DNA of 64,000 nucleotides from Lobosporangium transversale (Eukaryota): NCBI RefSeq assembly GCF_002105155.1, contig NW_019028982.1, positions 806,001 to 870,000 of the forward strand, read 5' to 3'. Shown piece by piece: positions 59,005 to 64,000 of this stretch (position 1 is its first letter; each line of letters starts with the position of its first letter). The notes under the pieces were generated by a model. It saw only the letters and a program-made list of their open reading frames with translations, ran no database searches and was not told where the DNA came from. The position numbers and the translations under genes were made by a program.

Positions 59005-60175
59005 TTGATCTCGAACTTCCGGAACAATTTCAGCGCTAACAATATCAGTAATGCTTACACTGCTTCTAACGTCCTTACGGACGGCAACCTCGGTCCATCA
59101 ACCTTGGAGGACAACCCCACTCCACCACCTACCCCGTCCAGCAACCCTTTCTCCCCTGAAATCCAACAAATGCTCTCTCCTGAAATCCTTCAAGCTATCA
59201 GCACTCTTACTCAGTTCTGCCAAAATAGAGGTGCGGTCCTCCAGTTAGGTCTGTCATCTCAAGACCCACACATATTCACGACGGATTCACTCTATTGCAT
59301 GAGGTCCTATGAGGAATTTTATGCCTTCCATCAAGAATAGAAAGAAGTTTCATACAGCTAAACTCTCTGACGAAGAGCAGCGTTATTACGACATTAGCCG
59401 ATTTCCAAAGCTTGACGGTATGGAATACACACCCCCAGCTGCTCCCAAAGAGTGGTTAATCACTGATAGCCTCAAGGACACTGATCAAAAGTTGGTCAAA
59501 CTGGCAACAAGAGCTGCACACATTACGAGACCAATTGATGCAGCAGCTCATGCCATCATCCCTCAAAATAACACAAATGACCCTCAAGTACATCATACCT
59601 TTGTGCCCTGGATACAGCTCGAATTCAAATCTCCACTGTATGTGAACAGATCAATAAAATCCATATCAAATCATTTTACAAGGAAAAGAAGTTTATTAAC
59701 TTTCCAGACACATCGACTTACTTGAACATGCTAAACCTTCGCAGAACAACAAGGAGTACAGCAATCCTAACCGGGATAGGGATAATCGAAGCAGGCAAGC
59801 TCGTTTCGGGAGCCTCAACCACACTTCATTTGCTCAACCACAGCAATATCAGCAAGTGGGGCTCTCAAAACCAAAACCACAATAGAATAATAATCACGGC
59901 TTGGGCAGCCAGTTTTTTCGGAACCCCCCTTCTGCACGGGGAAGGGGCCAAGGCGGAGGGCGCCAGTAGGGAGTCGACTACACCTCTGCCAAGCAGTATG
60001 GAACTTATGGACGACTAACGGGTCCACAGAGTTATTCAGGATAGATACGAAGTCCCATTCGATTCACCAGCAACACAGCCACACATAACAGCGCTCCAAG
60101 GAAGAAATGAAGACGATAGAGCAAGAGATCGTGGAGTTATTAGCCAAGGAAGCGATATAAAAAGCTCTTGCCTTG
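59005..60175 (+). mobile_element. Decayed DIRS element: gag remnant plus start of pol
   Basis: LATRAAHITRPIDAAAH (intact gag: RLANLTRPLD), QFFR...RGRGQGGGRQ*, then PVGSRLHLCQAVW and WVHRVIQDRYEVPF (intact pol: AVGGRL/WVKSVVSEGFKIPF). Frameshifts and stops are present. Confidence 0.8.
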
Positions 60176-60177
60176 AG

Positions 60178-60512
60178 TAAATATGGATCTCGGGATGGCA
60201 GGCCTGGAGGACCGCTGATAGCCTGGAGGATTTCAGGAGAGAGCATTTGTTGGATTTCAGGGGAGAAAGGGTTGCTGGACGGGGTAGGTGGTGGAGTGGG
60301 GTTGTCCTCCAAGGTTGATGGACCGAGGTTGCCGTCCGTAAGGACGTTAGAAGCAGTGTAAGCATTACTGATATTATCGCTGAAATTCATTTTTCTATGG
60401 AGATGGATGTGTTCTGGAAGTTCGAGAGAAAGGATTTATTTTATTAACGACCCATCCCTGTGTTTAACAATGCTCAGACTACAGAATGACTGGACTATGA
60501 AGGATAATTAAT
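60178..60512 (-). mobile_element. Inverted 5' fragment of the same DIRS family (terminal repeat remnant plus gag start)
   Basis: 60214-60388 is a near-identical inverted copy of ~59026-59201. The leader GAACACATCCA and the end ggactatgaaggataatta resemble the intact element's 5' end (ggctacgaggataatga). Confidence 0.75.
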
Positions 60513-60622
60513 TTAAAGCCATGGCCGTCTATTTACAATCACAAGAATTGCAGAGCCTGTGCCAGGATTTGCGGTTAGAGATAATGTCAAGACCGTGTGC
60601 TTGGGAAGATAGCAGGTTGATA

Positions 60623-62623
60623 TTACGTCTCTTCCTCTTTATCCGACTCATCCTGAGCAGCAGCTAGCTCCTGAAGTAATGATGACTTTCTTGTCCGAGG
60701 TTTAGTAGGTGAGTGAAAGACCACTCTTTCCCACTCCAACACCATCATTGGAGATTTCAGATCAACACCGACAGCTATGTCCTCTACCATGACACGATTG
60801 TTATATTCATATAGCCGCTTCGCAGCGTATGCCTTCTGTGCGTACGCATGGTACTCGTCCAGAAGGTTGAACAGAACAAAAACACCATGCTGCAGGAAAA
60901 ACTGGATGTCCTCGCTGGCTACTGGCAATACAAGAGGTGAACATGCCTTCCCAACCACCCAAATATCTTCGTATTTGATAATCTTGATCACCGTCGCAGT
61001 TGTCCCTTGTATATTCAATAGTGGAGGGCATCCAATACCGTGCTTTTCCAGCTCCAGCAAAATGCTCTTATTTATCTTTGCATTTTTGCGAAGCTGAACT
61101 GCCACGTCAATCGGGCCGCAGCTTCCACGCTTTGCCTCAAAGTTCCCAACCTCCATGCCATCCACAGTCAGGAGACAATCACACTTCCGTGTGTTACAGC
61201 CTGTGTTGAAGGCCTCCGCAAGCATAGACTTGGACAACGTTGTCGCAGCACAGCCTTGCTCGCCCAAATGAAGACATAATTGGGTATCCAAAGGCAAGCC
61301 ATCCTTGAAAATACATCCCCAAAGCAACATGACATCTCCTTCCGAAGGCTTCTTGTTTCCGGTCAGAGGCCTGATTGCATGAGAGAAAAGATGTTGGAGT
61401 ACGTTGATCCTCCGCCTCTGTTCCGGATATTCACATTGCAAGGCATATGTGTAATTTAGAAGATCCTGCACTGAGGATCCTTCCTCAACTTTGCCCAAGA
61501 GCCTCTGGACAATCTCATCAATACCTTGTGTCCTCTCCTCCAAACCTGGTAACAAACAGAGACCTTGAGCTGCTTTCAGTTTCTCGGAACCGAATGAGTT
61601 GTTTGCATCTGTTGAATATAAGTTCCATATTCCAGATAATGCCACAAAAGCATCCTTGTAAGGAAGACAGTGATTTTTGTCAAGGGACTTGAGCTTGTGC
61701 AGAAGTTGCGCCTGATGAAGGTTCCTCAATCCAATGCGATACAAGATTTCTTTGTTCTTGCTGCCAATTTCATCCAAAACTGATTGGTCGAGGTCAATTG
61801 AGGGTAATTCCACGTCCCAGTCTGTGTACATAAGAATCGCTAAATCAACTAAACTGTGCCAGGGCTCTCTAAGCTTTAGTTTAGGTGTGGCTGGTTCAGA
61901 ACTTGTGGTGGAGACAGATTGGCGTCGCTTCTTCATAGAGATTGGAAACGATTTTGACTTTTTTGGACTTGGTGGGGGACCTGTTCGAGAACACGCAGGC
62001 CAATTTTCTGCTAAATCATGGTCCTGGAAACCTTCGAAATCCTTAGAAGGCAGTATGTACTCCGTTTGTTGATCATCGAGTTGGTTATCTAAGACTGGGG
62101 GGGCACTAGTTAATGATGATTTACCTTTTGCTAGTAATGATTTCGCTGTCCATGATGATGATGATGCCTCCATAGAAACGCTGCTTTCTCTCTCCACAAT
62201 AGATTCCGAATCTAGACAAATGTCCAGACGCTTCTTTTTATGGCTCACGCTGGATAGCTCTACGATCTTCTCAGCATCACTTGCTCCGCTTTTCACTACT
62301 TTTAAAATTGTCGAAGATATTTTGCGTTTGGCGTCTGATGCATTTTTTTTATTTATATATTCCTCGAAGGCTTGCGTGAAGGGGTCTTTTGAGGCCTTTT
62401 GTAGAACATTATCGGCACGACTTCTCAGGCTTTCAGACACATTATTGGCATTACTGATTGTCGTGAGGCCCTTAGTGTAAGTTGTAAAGTGCTGTTCTGA
62501 CGGCTTGGAGAGATCACAATACTTGAAGAATGCATGGGTATTATGCCAATAGCGGGCTTTGACGCTCTTGAAGAATGGATGCACCTTCAGTGCACTAGGA
62601 GCGGTATGGTCGAGGTCTTGCAT
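60623..62623 (-). CDS. Uncharacterised protein with C-terminal PD-(D/E)xK restriction-endonuclease-like motif
   Basis: 666 aa intronless ORF; PSEGD...LGEQGC...RKCDCLLTVDGMEVGNFEAKR gives a D...ExK pattern, followed by KNAKINKSIL. Confidence 0.65.
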   Translation of the reverse strand: MQDLDHTAPSALKVHPFFKSVKARYWHNTHAFFKYCDLSKPSEQHFTTYTKGLTTISNANNVSESLRSRADNVLQKASKDPFTQAFEEYINKKNASDAKRKISSTILKVVKSGASDAEKIVELSSVSHKKKRLDICLDSESIVERESSVSMEASSSSWTAKSLLAKGKSSLTSAPPVLDNQLDDQQTEYILPSKDFEGFQDHDLAENWPACSRTGPPPSPKKSKSFPISMKKRRQSVSTTSSEPATPKLKLREPWHSLVDLAILMYTDWDVELPSIDLDQSVLDEIGSKNKEILYRIGLRNLHQAQLLHKLKSLDKNHCLPYKDAFVALSGIWNLYSTDANNSFGSEKLKAAQGLCLLPGLEERTQGIDEIVQRLLGKVEEGSSVQDLLNYTYALQCEYPEQRRRINVLQHLFSHAIRPLTGNKKPSEGDVMLLWGCIFKDGLPLDTQLCLHLGEQGCAATTLSKSMLAEAFNTGCNTRKCDCLLTVDGMEVGNFEAKRGSCGPIDVAVQLRKNAKINKSILLELEKHGIGCPPLLNIQGTTATVIKIIKYEDIWVVGKACSPLVLPVASEDIQFFLQHGVFVLFNLLDEYHAYAQKAYAAKRLYEYNNRVMVEDIAVGVDLKSPMMVLEWERVVFHSPTKPRTRKSSLLQELAAAQDESDKEEET

Positions 62624-62702
62624 CGTTATATATTTAGTTCATGAAAATAGTAACTTCATAAAAAAATATGTTAGTGATGTGAAAGCTATTTTACTTGCAG
62701 AG

Positions 62703-63582
62703 GATAGGATGAGCGAGCGTGAATGGTCCACAAGCTGCTTTTCAGACCTCTATGAGGTACCGTGTTGCGCGGCACAGCCGACAATATACGGCAGCATCTT
62801 GTTATTATCGCCTTAACTCTCGAAAGAGCCATAGAAGCAAAAGTAAACCATCCAACGATACCACCATCGAAAGAATAGCCGCGCCATCCTCAGGTATACG
62901 GCCCAGATTTAAGGGTTGGATACCTGATTTCTCTGTCATCTTTTCCAATTAGACGTACAGAAGCGGCAGCGAAGCAAATTGAACAAAATCATTTTTAGAA
63001 GATAGGATGAGCGAGCGTGAATGGTCCACAAGCTGCTTTTCAGACCTCTATGAGGTACCGTGTTGCGCGGCACAGCCGACAATATACGGCAGCATCTTGT
63101 TATTATCGCCTTAACTCTCGAAAGAGCCATAGAAGCAAAAGTAAACCATCCAACGATACCACCATCGAAAGAATAGCCGCGCCATCCTCAGGTATACGGC
63201 CCAGATTTAAGGGTTGGATACCTGATTTCTCTGTCATCTTTTCCAATTAGACGTACAGAAGCGGCAGCGAAGCAAATTGAACAAAATCATTTTTAGAAGA
63301 TAGGATGAGCGAGCGTGAATGGTCCACAAGCTGCTTTTCAGACCTCTATGAGGTACCGTGTTGCGCGGCACAGCCGACAATATACGGCAGCATCTTGTTA
63401 TTATCGCCTTAACTCTCGAAAGAGCCATAGAAGCAAAAGTAAACCATCCAACGATACCACCATCGAAAGAATAGCCGCGCCATCCTCAGGTATACGGCCC
63501 AGATTTAAGGGTTGGACACCTGATTTCTCTGTCATCTTTTCCAATTAGACGTACAGAAGCGGTAGCGAGGCAAACTGAACAA
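62703..63582. repeat. Tandem repeat of three near-identical 298-bp units
   Basis: Units start gataggatgagcgagcgtgaatgg at 62703, 63001 and 63299. Only a few substitutions appear, near the end of the third copy. Confidence 0.97.
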
Positions 63583-64000
63583 GAAAAAAAAAAAATGCAA
63601 CGGAAAGCAGAAAGGTAAATAATGATTCAACGCCATTACCTGTGGAAGTATGTGTTTTATCAAATGAAAAATGGAACGAAATCTCTCTCTCCTACTTTGA
63701 AAGTGATGGAAGCTCCACTTCAAAGCGAGCGTTGGAGTGTGTGGCTTGTGATATTATCCCTCCAATGCAACGTGCATAATTTAGCAAGCAATTAAAACGA
63801 ATGGGCTCTATTGGCCATTGGGCCCATGGGGAACACTCCGTATTTTGTTCATGTTCCTGTGCTCTCCCTCTTTTTTTTCTACTTCTTTCTGTTCCCTTCT
63901 TTCAGGCACACATCCCTTCTTTGAGCGTCCATATCTCTAAACTTATTGTGGTAAGTTTGTTGGTATTGTTGTTGTTATCACTTTCACAACGACTTTCAGG

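Noticed and set aside
62719..63548. Three identical 77 aa ORFs, or a CRISPR-like array
   Set aside because: They simply reflect the 298-bp tandem unit; there are no unique spacers, they have non-ATG starts, and the context is eukaryotic.
1..64000. tRNA/rRNA genes
   Set aside because: No cloverleaf or rRNA-like sequence recognised by eye; tRNAscan-SE or Infernal would be needed to exclude them.

Overview
Fungal genomic DNA with spliceosomal introns and many poly-A/T tracts. The gene content and style suggest Mortierellaceae (inference). Housekeeping genes are a SET lysine methyltransferase, SRP68, NAD-dependent glycerol-3-phosphate dehydrogenase, a CblC/MMACHC-like cobalamin enzyme and an H15 linker-histone-domain protein. 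They are interleaved with fast-evolving accessory material: (i) a tandem array of at least 6 intronless paralogs at 1-8.6 kb encoding helical proteins with a central Gly/Ala-rich hydrophobic hairpin and a variable-copy 8-9 aa repeat (pore-forming-toxin/ApoL-like architecture, inferred); (ii) a tandem array of about 9 intact and decaying genes at 20-31 kb encoding a stand-alone copy of the VWA5A/PARP4 C-terminal helical domain; (iii) an intact DIRS tyrosine-recombinase retrotransposon with inverted terminal repeats (ITRs) and an internal complementary region (ICR); (iv) a NACHT-pentapeptide-WD40 NLR plus an unannotated adjacent NLR pseudogene; (v) a PIF/Harbinger transposase relic, two decayed DIRS pieces, a PD-(D/E)xK-like ORF and a 3x298 bp tandem repeat. 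In the intact DIRS the recombinase frame is open across both gag and pol. Its pol frame has no ATG ahead of the conserved N-terminus and opens just before a U-rich slippery site, and the same layout is seen in a second, divergent DIRS relic, which suggests -1 ribosomal frameshifting.
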